A stretch of DNA of 64,000 nucleotides from a bacterium. GTDB taxonomy: Bacteria; Omnitrophota; Gorgyraeia; Duberdicusellales; 4484-171. Position numbers and translations under genes: made by a program. The stretch lies in assembly GCA_021796115.1 (NCBI GenBank), contig JAJYOP010000007.1, forward strand, positions 6,867-70,866. The letters run 5' to 3'. Below are positions 34,556-44,415 of this stretch, in pieces. The first letter of the stretch is position 1. Every line of letters starts with the position of its first letter. The notes under the pieces are model-generated. The model had not been told where the DNA came from. It was given only the letters and a program-made list of their open reading frames with translations, and made no database searches.

Positions 34556-35221
34556 GTGTATATGGATGACAAAATTATAATCATTGAGCTCGGCTTTGTA
34601 AATGCATTCTTGATTAAAGTAAAAGATGGCTTTATTTTAATCGATACCGGACTGCCTTGGCAATGGGAGAATCTTGAAGCGAAATTAGATTCTCTCGGTT
34701 GTCTTCCCGAGAAACTAAAACTTGTCATTATAACTCACGGAGATTTTGACCATACCGGCAATTGCGCTAAATTACAGGAAAAATATAAAGCCGAGATAGC
34801 CATGCATAAGGCAGATGCTTTTATGGCAGAAAAAAGAGTATTTTTAAAACGAAAAGCCAGGACATTAGCCGCAAAAATCAGGATTTTGATCTCACGGCTG
34901 CGCCATCGAAAAATAAGTTTTAATCAGTTCAAACCGGATATATTTTTAACTGACGGGCAAAGTTTGGTAGAATACGGTTTTAATGCCAAGATTGTCCATC
35001 TGCCTGGACACACAAAGGGCTCAATAGGAATACTGACCGATGAAGGCAATTTTTTCTCCGGAGACAGCCTGGTTAACGACAAAAAACCGAGTATCGCTAT
35101 ATACGTGGATAATTTTCAGGAACTTGAAAGCAGCATAGATAAATTGAAGAAGCTTAATATCAAAAATATTTATCCGGGGCACGGTAAACCGTTTCCATCA
35201 GAGGGTCTAACATATGAATGA
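34556..35221 (+). CDS. metallo-beta-lactamase fold hydrolase
   Basis: ITHGDFDHTGN (HxHxDH variant) and later HLPGHT, PGHG. Confidence 0.8.
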   Translation: MYMDDKIIIIELGFVNAFLIKVKDGFILIDTGLPWQWENLEAKLDSLGCLPEKLKLVIITHGDFDHTGNCAKLQEKYKAEIAMHKADAFMAEKRVFLKRKARTLAAKIRILISRLRHRKISFNQFKPDIFLTDGQSLVEYGFNAKIVHLPGHTKGSIGILTDEGNFFSGDSLVNDKKPSIAIYVDNFQELESSIDKLKKLNIKNIYPGHGKPFPSEGLTYE

Positions 35222-36017
35222 AATAATAATCAAAGTCGATAATTTATCAAAGAATTTTGGCCAGGTTCAGGCGGTCAAAAATATTTCATTTGAAGTTAAA
35301 CAATCAGAAATCTTTGCTTTTTTGGGCCCAAACGGGGCAGGAAAAACTACTACGATAAGGATGCTGATTACCTTACTTCTGCCCTCAAGCGGCGACGCAA
35401 CTATAAACGGTTATAGTCTAATCCATCACCCGGCCGAAGTACGCAAAGTTATTGGTTATGTGCCTCAGATGATTTCAGTGGACGGTTCGCTTACTGTGCG
35501 GGAGAACCTGATGCTTATGGCGCATCTTTACGATGTTTCTTATCGTGAGTGCAATGAGCGCATAAAAGAAACACTTGCCTTCCTTGATCTGGAAGAATAC
35601 GCTGGCTCACTTGTTCGAACGCTTTCCGGAGGCATGATTCGCAAGCTTGAAGTCGGACAGGCCATGTTACATCATCCGCACCTGCTTTTTCTCGATGAGC
35701 CGACAACCGGGCTTGACCCTATCGCAAAACGCCATATCTGGGAACATCTTATGGAACTGCGCGACAGCTTTGGCACAACGATTTTCTTTTCTACGCACAA
35801 TATGGACGAAGCTGAAGATGCCTGTGACAAAGTTGCGATTATGGATGCCGGAGAAATTGCCGCGATTGGCGCAATTTCGGAATTAAAAGAAAAAACCAAT
35901 AAAAAAGATGCTACCCTTGAAGATGCTTTCATCTTCTTTACCGGCAATGAACTTCAGGCTAACGGTAACTTTCGTGAAATAAAAAGGACAAGGTTAATAC
36001 ATCATAGATTGGGCTAA
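35214..36017 (+). CDS. ABC transporter ATP-binding protein (ABC-2/DrrA-like)
   Basis: Walker A GPNGAGKTT, signature LSGGMIRK, Walker B LLFLDEPTTGLD. Confidence 0.92.
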   Translation: MNEIIIKVDNLSKNFGQVQAVKNISFEVKQSEIFAFLGPNGAGKTTTIRMLITLLLPSSGDATINGYSLIHHPAEVRKVIGYVPQMISVDGSLTVRENLMLMAHLYDVSYRECNERIKETLAFLDLEEYAGSLVRTLSGGMIRKLEVGQAMLHHPHLLFLDEPTTGLDPIAKRHIWEHLMELRDSFGTTIFFSTHNMDEAEDACDKVAIMDAGEIAAIGAISELKEKTNKKDATLEDAFIFFTGNELQANGNFREIKRTRLIHHRLG

Positions 36018-36019
36018 AC

Positions 36020-36796
36020 ATGATGAATTATATCTTACAACTTATTAAAAAAACTTGGGTGATGGCGGAAATGGAGGTGAGAAAACTTCTCCACGATCCA
36101 ACAGAACTTATCACCCGTGCCATACAACCTATTTTATGGTTGGGTATTTTTGGAGAAGCATTGAGTAAAATCCGGGCGATACCAACCGAAGGATTCAGCT
36201 ATCTGCAATTTATCACTCCCGGTATCCTTACCCAATCCATAACTTTTGTCTCGATATTTTATGGTTTGGCAATTATCTGGGAACGCGATATGGGATTGCT
36301 TCAGAAGGTCCTGGTTACTCCAACGCCTCGCCTGGCGCTGGTTTGGGGGAAAATGATTTCAGCCGGCGTCCGGGGATTGAGCCAGGCAATTATCATCTAT
36401 ATTTTTACCCTTGTTTTGCAGATCCATCTTCGAATCACGCTTCTTTCAACGGTTGGCGTAGTTTTTATCACGATGCTCGGCGCAAGTTTTTTTACGGGAT
36501 TATCTATGATTATCGCTTCGATAGTGAAAACTCGCGAGCGTTTCATGGGTATAGGCCAGATTATCACCTTACCGTTATTTTTTGCCTCAAATGCTATTTA
36601 TCCAATTTCAATTATGCCTTCCTGGCTTCAGGCGATTGCCACCATAAATCCGCTGACTTACATGGTTAACGGCCTTCGCGCTCTGCTGGTTACAGGAAAT
36701 GTATCACGGCTTCCTTTTGATATCGCCATTCTTATTATTGCTACTTTTGGCATATCGTTTATAAGCGCATATATGTATCCCAAAGTAGTCGTATGA
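36020..36796 (+). CDS. ABC-2 type transporter permease
   Basis: 258 aa, 6 TM, immediately follows ATPase. Confidence 0.85.
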   Translation: MMNYILQLIKKTWVMAEMEVRKLLHDPTELITRAIQPILWLGIFGEALSKIRAIPTEGFSYLQFITPGILTQSITFVSIFYGLAIIWERDMGLLQKVLVTPTPRLALVWGKMISAGVRGLSQAIIIYIFTLVLQIHLRITLLSTVGVVFITMLGASFFTGLSMIIASIVKTRERFMGIGQIITLPLFFASNAIYPISIMPSWLQAIATINPLTYMVNGLRALLVTGNVSRLPFDIAILIIATFGISFISAYMYPKVVV

Positions 36797-36874
36797 AACA
36801 ATAAATTTTATTCAATTCTTGGCTTCATGCCGCTGGTTTCGGAAAATAAAGCCGTTTTAACATGAGCTCTGCAT

Positions 36875-36938
36875 CTATGAGAAACCATCTATCGCTATGA
36901 GAAATAATCTTGACTGAATTAACCATATGTGTTATTCT
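36875..36938 (+). promoter_or_regulatory. two 10-bp direct repeats CTATGAGAAA 20 bp apart, abutting promoter TTGACT-N17-TATTCT
   Basis: Repeats 36875-36884 and 36895-36904; TTGACT 36910-36915; TATTCT 36933-36938. Confidence 0.5.
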
Positions 36939-36961
36939 TTTTTTACCAAAAGGAGGTATTT

Positions 36962-37951
36962 ATGAGCCCGAAAAATGAGCAATCGTATATATTTAAGGGA
37001 ATCTATGAATTTGAAGATCCAAGCGGAGTTCTTGTGGCCGCCAAGGTACCCCCTGTTGGAACCGCTGATTTATATTCAGGAACGAAAATTATAGTAAAAG
37101 CCAATCAAAGCGCATTATTCGTATATAAAGGCCAGATTGCTGAGGTGCTGCCGGAAGGCACGCATGCGATTAAAACAGAAAATTTTCCTATCCTTACACG
37201 GTTAGCTAATTGGCAGTTTGGTTTTGAAAGCCCTCTTCAGGCTGAAATCTGGTTTTTTTCAAATGCTGTATTCGCCGGAAGGCGCTGGGGAACGACCCAG
37301 CCGGTGATTTATGATTTTTCCGAGTATCCCGCAGTTCCTGTAAGAGCTTACGGAATCTATAATATCATAGTCCGTGATTCTGAGAAAGTTTTTCTAAAGC
37401 TCGTAGGAAACAGGGCTAGTTATGATATTGCGGAATTAGATAACCTTATACAGGCTCAAATAACCGAGCTTTTCCCTTCAGCATTATCTGTCGTACCAAA
37501 TTTAGAATCTTTGAACAAATCGCAAGCAGCAGTTTCGAAAGAATTAATTACGCTTGTCAATAAAGCGCTGGAACAATATGGGATGGAGCTTTTAAGTTTA
37601 CAAGTGATAGCCATGGTGCCATCGCAGGAAGTTATACAGGCATTGGGAGATAAGGTCGCCATGAACATCATTGGGGATAAGCGGGAGTATTTAATATATA
37701 AAGCGGCAAATAGCTTGTTAGCAACGCATCCTACTGGCGAGAAAAGCTCCAGCGATTCCATGCAGCTAATGATGGGGCTTATGTTAGGGCAGACTATTTT
37801 AGACCATCGAGAAAAGGAGCGCTCTTACATAGCTTCGGATAATGTTTCAAGAGGCGCCTTGCCTGACAAATCTAAAGCCTGCCCTGCATGCAATGCTACG
37901 GTCGGGATTAATGACAAATTTTGTTCGTCATGCGGAGCTAAACTGCAATGA
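36962..37951 (+). CDS. SPFH-like (YdjI / COG4260 'virion core protein'-like) protein with C-terminal zinc ribbon
   Basis: Start ATG 36962 behind AAAGGAGG; C-terminus CPACNATVGINDKFCSSCGAKL. Confidence 0.65.
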   Translation: MSPKNEQSYIFKGIYEFEDPSGVLVAAKVPPVGTADLYSGTKIIVKANQSALFVYKGQIAEVLPEGTHAIKTENFPILTRLANWQFGFESPLQAEIWFFSNAVFAGRRWGTTQPVIYDFSEYPAVPVRAYGIYNIIVRDSEKVFLKLVGNRASYDIAELDNLIQAQITELFPSALSVVPNLESLNKSQAAVSKELITLVNKALEQYGMELLSLQVIAMVPSQEVIQALGDKVAMNIIGDKREYLIYKAANSLLATHPTGEKSSSDSMQLMMGLMLGQTILDHREKERSYIASDNVSRGALPDKSKACPACNATVGINDKFCSSCGAKLQ

Positions 37952-38640
37952 GTTTTGACATAATTTGTGCAAATTGTGGAGCGCCATCTTCTCCCGCTAT
38001 CGGGGTATGCCCCTACTGCAAATCAGTAATGACAACAGCGGAAGAGAAAAGTAATCCAGCTATAGGCAATATCAAGGAATTTTTTAACGATGGGCAATTA
38101 GAGAAGGCGCTTTCCTTAGCCAGGACCCTTGAGACACAAAGGCCAGATTCGTTAAAGAGTAAAGAATTCATACTATTGTACGTACAAATACTTATTGAGG
38201 CCGAAGGGCCATCGACGAAAATAAAATCATTATTGAACCAAGCTTTGATCGATAATCCTTCAGACCCGCAATTGTTGGAATATTTAGAAGTTGCCGAGGC
38301 AGAATCTAATTTATCGCGTGAGAAAAACGATGCCGGAGAGATAGCATTAGCTAATATTATTCGCCGCTCGCCGGAAAATGTCCAGGCATTATTTTTGCTG
38401 GGAAGCCATTTATTTTGGGTAGAGAAAGATGCTCAGAGGGCTTTGAGATATTTAGAGCAATGCGTAAGGCTTAGCCCGAATTTTTTTAAGGCCAATGCTT
38501 GTTTAGCCGCTGTCTATAAAACATTGAAAATGGATGATATTGCGACAAGGTTTTGTAATGAGTGTGCCTCAAAGGCAACCGACCCGCAAGTGAAGAAGCT
38601 TTTTACTGATTTTGCCAACACGCCATTAAATTTAGAATAA
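37948..38640 (+). CDS. zinc-ribbon + TPR-like repeat protein
   Basis: N-terminus CANCGA..CPYCKS; helical repeats; ATGA overlap with upstream gene. Confidence 0.6.
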   Translation: MSFDIICANCGAPSSPAIGVCPYCKSVMTTAEEKSNPAIGNIKEFFNDGQLEKALSLARTLETQRPDSLKSKEFILLYVQILIEAEGPSTKIKSLLNQALIDNPSDPQLLEYLEVAEAESNLSREKNDAGEIALANIIRRSPENVQALFLLGSHLFWVEKDAQRALRYLEQCVRLSPNFFKANACLAAVYKTLKMDDIATRFCNECASKATDPQVKKLFTDFANTPLNLE

Positions 38641-38704
38641 TACCACCCCGCCTTTTTAAATAAAAACAATACGCAACCTTTATACAAACATCCACATAAT
38701 TTAC

Positions 38705-38749
38705 TTGACTAAAGATTATTGAGCTGTAAAATTATTAACTTTATTAACT
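38705..38749 (+). promoter_or_regulatory. promoter TTGACT-N16-TAAAAT followed by tandem TTATTAACT x2 (probable MarR operator)
   Basis: TTGACT 38705-38710, TAAAAT 38727-38732, TTATTAACT at 38732-38740 and 38741-38749. Confidence 0.5.
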
Positions 38750-38783
38750 ATTAATATCAATAATATTTATGGAGGTGTAAATA

Positions 38784-39227
38784 ATGGAAGATAATTCTTT
38801 ATGCAAATTTGCTGATGAAATTAATAATCTGTTGCCTATCATAATGCGGGAATTTACCAAAAGGCAGGCAAAAGAATTATGCAAAAATAAAATTACCTTC
38901 CCTCAATTTTTTATCATCGATTATCTTTATAAACAGGGGCCGTCTACTATGACCGGCTTAGCTAAATTTATGGGTATAACTACAGCCGCGATGACTGGTA
39001 TGGTTGACAGGCTTATTGAACCCGGATATTGCCAGCGTATTTATGACACATATGACAGGCGTATCATAAGGATAAAAATCGCACCTTCCGGGAAGGAAAT
39101 CGCAAAAAAAGTAAATCAGGAACGCAGGCAAACAATCATCAACGTTTTTTGTCAGCTTTCAGCTAAAGAGCGCAGGGAGTATTTGCGGATTTTACGGCAT
39201 ATATATGAAATAATAATTTCAAAATAA
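38784..39227 (+). CDS. MarR-family transcriptional regulator
   Basis: Winged HTH: ITFPQFFIIDYLYKQGPSTMTGLAKFMGITTAAMTGMVDRLIEPGY..DRR. Confidence 0.85.
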   Translation: MEDNSLCKFADEINNLLPIIMREFTKRQAKELCKNKITFPQFFIIDYLYKQGPSTMTGLAKFMGITTAAMTGMVDRLIEPGYCQRIYDTYDRRIIRIKIAPSGKEIAKKVNQERRQTIINVFCQLSAKERREYLRILRHIYEIIISK

Positions 39228-39231
39228 AAAG

Positions 39232-40542
39232 ATGTGGCAGATGAAAAACTTACTGATTTACATTTTTGCACTATCTTCGGCATTTCTTTTTACCTTTCCG
39301 GCCTCTTTGCATGCTGAAGAAAAGAACGAGACCGAAGGAAAAACTCTTACGCTTAGAGATTGCTATAATCTTGCCCTTGCCAATATGGAAACTATTGCGA
39401 TTGATGCGCAACGCATAAAAGAGGCAGAAGCGCATTTCTTGCAGGCGCTGGCAATAGTCCTGCCGCATGCATCTTTTGCTTCCACAGATACCTATATAGA
39501 TACACACAACGGTATAATAAGTTCCGGTTCAGCAAACGCGCACGGCTACAAGCGAAATTTTGTTTTCCAGCAGGCGCTTTTCAGCGGTTTTAAAGAATAT
39601 GCCGCCATGCGGGCAAGTAAATTTGAGGAAAAACAGCGAGCCAAAGAGAAAGAACGCGCAGAACAACTACTTTTTAAAGATGTCTCCGATTCCTTCTATC
39701 TTTTTTTACAACAACAGGAAGATTTAAGGGCATTACAATCGATAGAGAAAGCACTTCTTGACCGTATAAGTGAATTAAACAAACGTATAGAGCTCGGCCG
39801 TTCAAGAAAGAGTGAAGTAGTAAATGTAATCTCTCAGCTCTATATTGTCCGGGCAGAGTTTGAGTTAGCAAGAAACCAGCGCGATTTGTCCAAGGAACTT
39901 CTTGAATTTTATACTGGCGTGCGCATCAAAGAAGTCGAGGAACCGGTGAATATACTTGCCAGGGTTAAACCTGTGGAATATTTTACGGAGCTCGCCAGAC
40001 GCAGAGCGGATGTTGTTGCCGCGGAAAACGCGGCAGGTGTGGCCAAAGCGAATGTTGATGTAGCCAAAAGCGGTTATTTTCCCACGGTAGATTTGCTGGG
40101 TGATTATTATACAAGCAGAAACAGCCAGCCGACAGGCTCAAAATGGGATGCCGGATTGGCGGTTACTATACCTATATTTGAAGGAACGCAAGTAATGGGC
40201 GACGTAAAAGAAGCCCGTGCCCGGGCGCGCGAAAGCGAATTATCGCTCTCATTGGCCGGTCGCAACAGCCAAACTGATGTGCTGGAGACTTATACAACTT
40301 TAAGGTATGCAATTTTGCGCCGGCAAGTTCTCAAGAAAGCATTGGGCGCAGCCGATGAGAACTATAATTTACAGAAAAAAGATTACGAATTCAATCTTGT
40401 AAATAACTTGGATGTTTTGGCAGCCATACAAACCTTGCTAAATACAAAAAGGGATTTGATCCAGGCTTCAAGTGAAGCAAAAAGAATATATTGGCAGCTT
40501 ATCGTTGCCTCGGGTGCTAATATAAAGGAAGAGTTGGAATGA
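39232..40542 (+). CDS. TolC-like outer membrane efflux protein
   Basis: Signal peptide ..PASLHA/EE, two OEP repeats; ATGA overlap with RND gene. Confidence 0.85.
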   Translation: MWQMKNLLIYIFALSSAFLFTFPASLHAEEKNETEGKTLTLRDCYNLALANMETIAIDAQRIKEAEAHFLQALAIVLPHASFASTDTYIDTHNGIISSGSANAHGYKRNFVFQQALFSGFKEYAAMRASKFEEKQRAKEKERAEQLLFKDVSDSFYLFLQQQEDLRALQSIEKALLDRISELNKRIELGRSRKSEVVNVISQLYIVRAEFELARNQRDLSKELLEFYTGVRIKEVEEPVNILARVKPVEYFTELARRRADVVAAENAAGVAKANVDVAKSGYFPTVDLLGDYYTSRNSQPTGSKWDAGLAVTIPIFEGTQVMGDVKEARARARESELSLSLAGRNSQTDVLETYTTLRYAILRRQVLKKALGAADENYNLQKKDYEFNLVNNLDVLAAIQTLLNTKRDLIQASSEAKRIYWQLIVASGANIKEELE

Positions 40543-43500
40543 CACTTTCCGATTTATCGATTAAAAGGCCGGTTTTTGGCTGGATGCTGATGATTGGCGT
40601 CATTGTTTTTGGCGTCATTGGATTCTTGCGCCTTGGCGTGAGCCAGCTTCCTGATGTTGATTTTCCTGTTGTAACCGTTTCGATAACCTGGGAAGGAGCG
40701 GCTCCCGAAGTTATGGAAACTGACGTAACCGATGTGGTAGAAAATGCCGTAATGAGCGTAGAGGGGTTAAAGGGAATCACGTCAGTCTCGATGCAAGGAG
40801 TTTCGCAAATTACATTGGAATTTTATCTCAATCGTAATATCGATGTCGCCCTCCAGGAAGTCCAGACTAAAATTGCCCAAGCACAGAAAAATTTGCCGCG
40901 CGACATCGACCCGCCTATAATTACCAAGACCAATCCTGAAGACCAACCTATAATGTTTGTCGGCCTCTCCGGAAACCTTCCCCTCAAAGATATGATTCAT
41001 TATGTAAACGAGAATTTGAAAGACCAGTTTGTTACTGTTCCCGGCGTCGGAGATATTCGCATGGGGGGTTATATTGACCCTAACTTAAGGGTCTGGCTTG
41101 ATTCTGCAAAAATGCAGGAGAAACAACTTACAGTTGAAGATGTTATCAATGCCATTGGCTATGAGCATGCAGATTTGCCGGCAGGCTATGTTGACTCCGG
41201 GACAAAGGAACTAAACGTGCGTGTCTATGGGGAAGCGCAGACGCCAGAACAATTCGAAAATCTGATTATACCTAGCCGTGTGCGCGAAGGGCCTATCTGG
41301 AAAACCATGCGTATCGGTGACGTTGGAACCGTTGAAGATGGCCTGGCAGATATTCGTAAAATTTCACGCAGTTGGGGCAAGCCGGCTATTGGCTTGGGCA
41401 TAATCAAACAGCGCGGCACAAACGCCATGGAAGTGGCCAAGGCCGTCAAAAAAAGAGTGGCAGAAGTCCGCAAGATGTTACCTAAGGGCATGCATCTGGA
41501 CGTTGTTTTTGATACAACCCAATTTATTAAAGATTCCGTAAACGAATTGGAGCGAAACCTGCTTCTTTCCATTCTTTTAACTTCTATTGTCTGCTATTTA
41601 TTTCTGGGATCCTGGAGCGCAAATATTAACGTTCTCCTGTCCATACCATTTTCTCTGGCCGGGGCTTTCCTGATACTTTATTTCATGGGTTTTACCATCA
41701 ACACATTTACTATGCTCGGCCTCTCCCTGGTTATAGGTATTATTGTTGATGACGCAATTATGGTGCTGGAGAATATTTCCCGCTATCATGAACAGGGGAA
41801 ATCCCGTGTGGACGCCGCGCTCATCGGCGCGCGGGAAATTACATTTGCCGCTATTGCAACATCTTTAGCAATACTTGCGATATTTGTACCGGTTATCTTT
41901 ATGCAAGGGATAGTCGGCAAATTCTTTTTGCAATTCGGAGTTACTATTTCCGTAGCAGTTATATTTTCTCTTATTGAAGCAATTACCATCACACCGATGC
42001 GCTGCTCGCAATTTCTTACTGTAGGCCATACGACAGAGCTTGGCAAATTCATAGAAAAAGTTACGAAATGGTTAGCTAAACGTTATCGCGAAACCCTTTC
42101 TTTTATATTAGACAGGCCAAAATCCGTATTAACCATAGCAACCGTTGTTTTCTTAGCTTCTTTCGCGCTGGTTGGATTATTGAAAAAAGAATTCGTTCCG
42201 CCACAAGACCAGGGGCGATTCTTGGCGCGTGTAATGTTGCCACTGGGTTCTTCTATAGAAAAAACAGACAGCGTATTTCACGAGGCGGAAAAATTTTTGA
42301 TGGGGCGCAAAGATATTGGAAACTATTTCAGCGTAATCGGCAGTTTCACGGGATCTCAGGTTAATACGGGGTTTCTCTATATCACTATGAAAGAGCGGGG
42401 TAAACGGCCTATAATAAATGGTCATCGCGAAACTCAAGCCGAATGCATGCAGATAGTTCGGAAAGCATTAAATAAAATTCCCGGAGTAGACAGGGCCGTA
42501 ATCCAGGATCTTTCTCTGATGGGATTTACCGCTAAACGTGGCTTACCAATTGAATTTACTGTAAGGGGCGCGGATTGGGATAAACTGGGAGAATACAGCC
42601 AGGAAATCATGAAACGCATGAAGGCGTCCGGTTTCATGATTGACGTCGATACAGACTATCAGCTTGGCATGCCCGAACTGCAGATTCACCCTGATCGAGA
42701 AAAGGCTGCGCAGCACGGTGTGAGCGTTCTTTCCATAGCAGATACAATAAATGCTACGATTGGCGGAATCCGTAGCGGCAAATTTACAGCTCACGGCAAG
42801 CGTTATGATATACGTGTCCGCTTAGCCGAAGCAGACCGGACAAGTCCCAAAGATATTAAAAATCTATGGGTGCGTAATGAATTTGGAGAGGTGGTTCCGC
42901 TGGCGGACGTTGTAACGGCAGAGGTAAAACCTTCCTTATTCTCCATTACGCGTGAAAATCGCGAACGCGCCGTCACTATTTTCGCAAATCCTGCACCGGG
43001 CCATTCCCAGCAAGAAGCATTGGACAAAGTTACAAAAATAGCTAAAGAAGTGCTTCCTCAAGGCTATCGCATAGTATTTTCCGGAGGGGCGCAGGCTTTC
43101 AAGGAATCTTTCCAAAGCTTGCTCTTCGCCCTTCTTCTGGGAATTTTTGTTGCTTATATGGTCTTAGGAACTCAATTTAACAGTTTCATCCACCCCCTCA
43201 CCGTGCTTTTGGCTTTGCCTTTCAGCGTTACCGGCGCATTTCTTTTACTTTTTCTTACGCATAATTCGCTTAATCTTTATAGTATGATAGGGCTTATTCT
43301 TCTCATGGGTATCGTAAAGAAAAACTCCATTCTTCTCGTTGATTTTACAAACGAGCGCCGCCGGCAGGGGATGAATGTAAGAGAAGCGCTTCTTGATGCT
43401 TGTCCAATACGCCTTAGGCCGATACTTATGACTTCCATAGCCATAGTTGCCGCTGCAATCCCCGAAGCGTTTTCAAAAGGTTCCGGTTCGGAGACAATGG

Positions 43501-43634
43501 TGCCCATGGCTGTTTCAATCATCGGCGGCGTAACGCTATCAACAATTCTTACACTTTTTGTCGTTCCATGTGCTTATGAATTATTCGCAAAAATTGAGCA
43601 CCATACGTATAAACCCGATAATAATAGTAAATAA
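40539..43634 (+). CDS. RND efflux permease (AcrB/HAE1-like)
   Basis: 1031 aa, 12 TM with two large periplasmic loops; N-terminus LSIKRPVFGWMLMIGVIVFG, conserved VIGIIVDDAIMVLENI. Confidence 0.95.
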   Translation: MTLSDLSIKRPVFGWMLMIGVIVFGVIGFLRLGVSQLPDVDFPVVTVSITWEGAAPEVMETDVTDVVENAVMSVEGLKGITSVSMQGVSQITLEFYLNRNIDVALQEVQTKIAQAQKNLPRDIDPPIITKTNPEDQPIMFVGLSGNLPLKDMIHYVNENLKDQFVTVPGVGDIRMGGYIDPNLRVWLDSAKMQEKQLTVEDVINAIGYEHADLPAGYVDSGTKELNVRVYGEAQTPEQFENLIIPSRVREGPIWKTMRIGDVGTVEDGLADIRKISRSWGKPAIGLGIIKQRGTNAMEVAKAVKKRVAEVRKMLPKGMHLDVVFDTTQFIKDSVNELERNLLLSILLTSIVCYLFLGSWSANINVLLSIPFSLAGAFLILYFMGFTINTFTMLGLSLVIGIIVDDAIMVLENISRYHEQGKSRVDAALIGAREITFAAIATSLAILAIFVPVIFMQGIVGKFFLQFGVTISVAVIFSLIEAITITPMRCSQFLTVGHTTELGKFIEKVTKWLAKRYRETLSFILDRPKSVLTIATVVFLASFALVGLLKKEFVPPQDQGRFLARVMLPLGSSIEKTDSVFHEAEKFLMGRKDIGNYFSVIGSFTGSQVNTGFLYITMKERGKRPIINGHRETQAECMQIVRKALNKIPGVDRAVIQDLSLMGFTAKRGLPIEFTVRGADWDKLGEYSQEIMKRMKASGFMIDVDTDYQLGMPELQIHPDREKAAQHGVSVLSIADTINATIGGIRSGKFTAHGKRYDIRVRLAEADRTSPKDIKNLWVRNEFGEVVPLADVVTAEVKPSLFSITRENRERAVTIFANPAPGHSQQEALDKVTKIAKEVLPQGYRIVFSGGAQAFKESFQSLLFALLLGIFVAYMVLGTQFNSFIHPLTVLLALPFSVTGAFLLLFLTHNSLNLYSMIGLILLMGIVKKNSILLVDFTNERRRQGMNVREALLDACPIRLRPILMTSIAIVAAAIPEAFSKGSGSETMVPMAVSIIGGVTLSTILTLFVVPCAYELFAKIEHHTYKPDNNSK

Positions 43635-43675
43635 ATTAACTTTTTAAATTCCTTTTTGAACTGCCCCCATCACCT

Positions 43676-43781
43676 TTCTGTACGGAACAAGGGGAACCGC
43701 CTCTCAAATTATGAAATAGCTGTCTACGGAGAGGATGTCCTTCGGGCAATATTTTTGTCCGGCCTGGCGAAAGTTACCTTC
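43676..43781. repeat. two tandem copies of dispersed repeat family 1 (copies d, e)
   Basis: TTCTGTACGGAACAAGGGGAACCGCCTC (43676-43704) and AGCTGTCTACGGAGAGGATGTCCTTCGGGCAATATTTTTGTCCGGCCTGGCGAAAGTTACCTTC (43718-43781); align with 18974-19030. Confidence 0.6.
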
Positions 43782-43912
43782 AAAATTTTCGAATCGCTAA
43801 CAACATAGAAATTATTTATCCTAGAGGAGCACTTTTATTTGAAGGAAGCAGCCTGATTGTTATAAGAGACCTCTGGAAAACTACCTTGAAACCGCCAAAA
43901 CACTAAATCACT

Positions 43913-44014
43913 GCCTGCCGGCAGGTCGCAAAGCCGCAAACGTAAAGATGCAAAATATGCAAAGAAATTTTTGCGCTTTTGCGATTAGTATTTTTGCGCT
44001 ACTTTGTGTTTTGC
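43913..44014. repeat. GCAAA x4 then TTTGC x4 word array preceded by 12-bp palindrome CCTGCCGGCAGG
   Basis: Palindrome 43913-43924; GCAAA at 43928, 43936, 43950, 43959; TTTGC at 43970, 43978, 43993, 44010. Confidence 0.6.
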
Positions 44015-44052
44015 GGCATAAACGGGCTTTTTCAGAGACCAGTATAAAAAAC

Positions 44053-44081
44053 TTGACAAGAGCATCAATTTAACGTATTAT
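44053..44081 (+). promoter_or_regulatory. sigma70-type promoter TTGACA-N17-TATTAT for arsR operon
   Basis: TTGACA 44053-44058, TATTAT 44076-44081, RBS AAGGAGG, GTG start 44109. Confidence 0.6.
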
Positions 44082-44108
44082 TACAATATAACGATAAAGG
44101 AGGTTATT

Positions 44109-44375
44109 GTGCCTTTGGATTACGAAAAGGAGAGTGAGTTACTTAAAGCGTTAGGGCACCCCATCCGTCTCAAAATAGTGGGAGGGCTTCTTAGCCATGA
44201 ATGCAATGTAAATAAGATGGTTAAGGTTTTGGGCATTCCGCAATCCACAGTATCACAGCATTTAGGGATACTTAAGAGCCGCGGGATAGTTCAAATCAGG
44301 AAAGAGGGCACCAAAACTTGTTACCGGGTCAAAGATGCGAGGATTGGCGAATTGCTTAAAATATTGAAAAAATAA
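44109..44375 (+). CDS. ArsR/SmtB-family transcriptional regulator
   Basis: 88 aa; LLKALGHPIRLKIVGGL..VNKMVKVLGIPQSTVSQHLGILKSRGIV. Confidence 0.9.
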   Translation: MPLDYEKESELLKALGHPIRLKIVGGLLSHECNVNKMVKVLGIPQSTVSQHLGILKSRGIVQIRKEGTKTCYRVKDARIGELLKILKK

Positions 44376-44391
44376 TTTTTTCTCACAATAA

Positions 44392-44415
44392 ACGTACTAT
44401 TCAGATAATACGTTA
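44392..44415. promoter_or_regulatory. imperfect palindrome AACGTACTATT-CAG-ATAATACGTT (candidate ArsR operator)
   Basis: Read directly; AACGTA also occurs inside the arsR promoter spacer (44072-44077). Confidence 0.35.
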
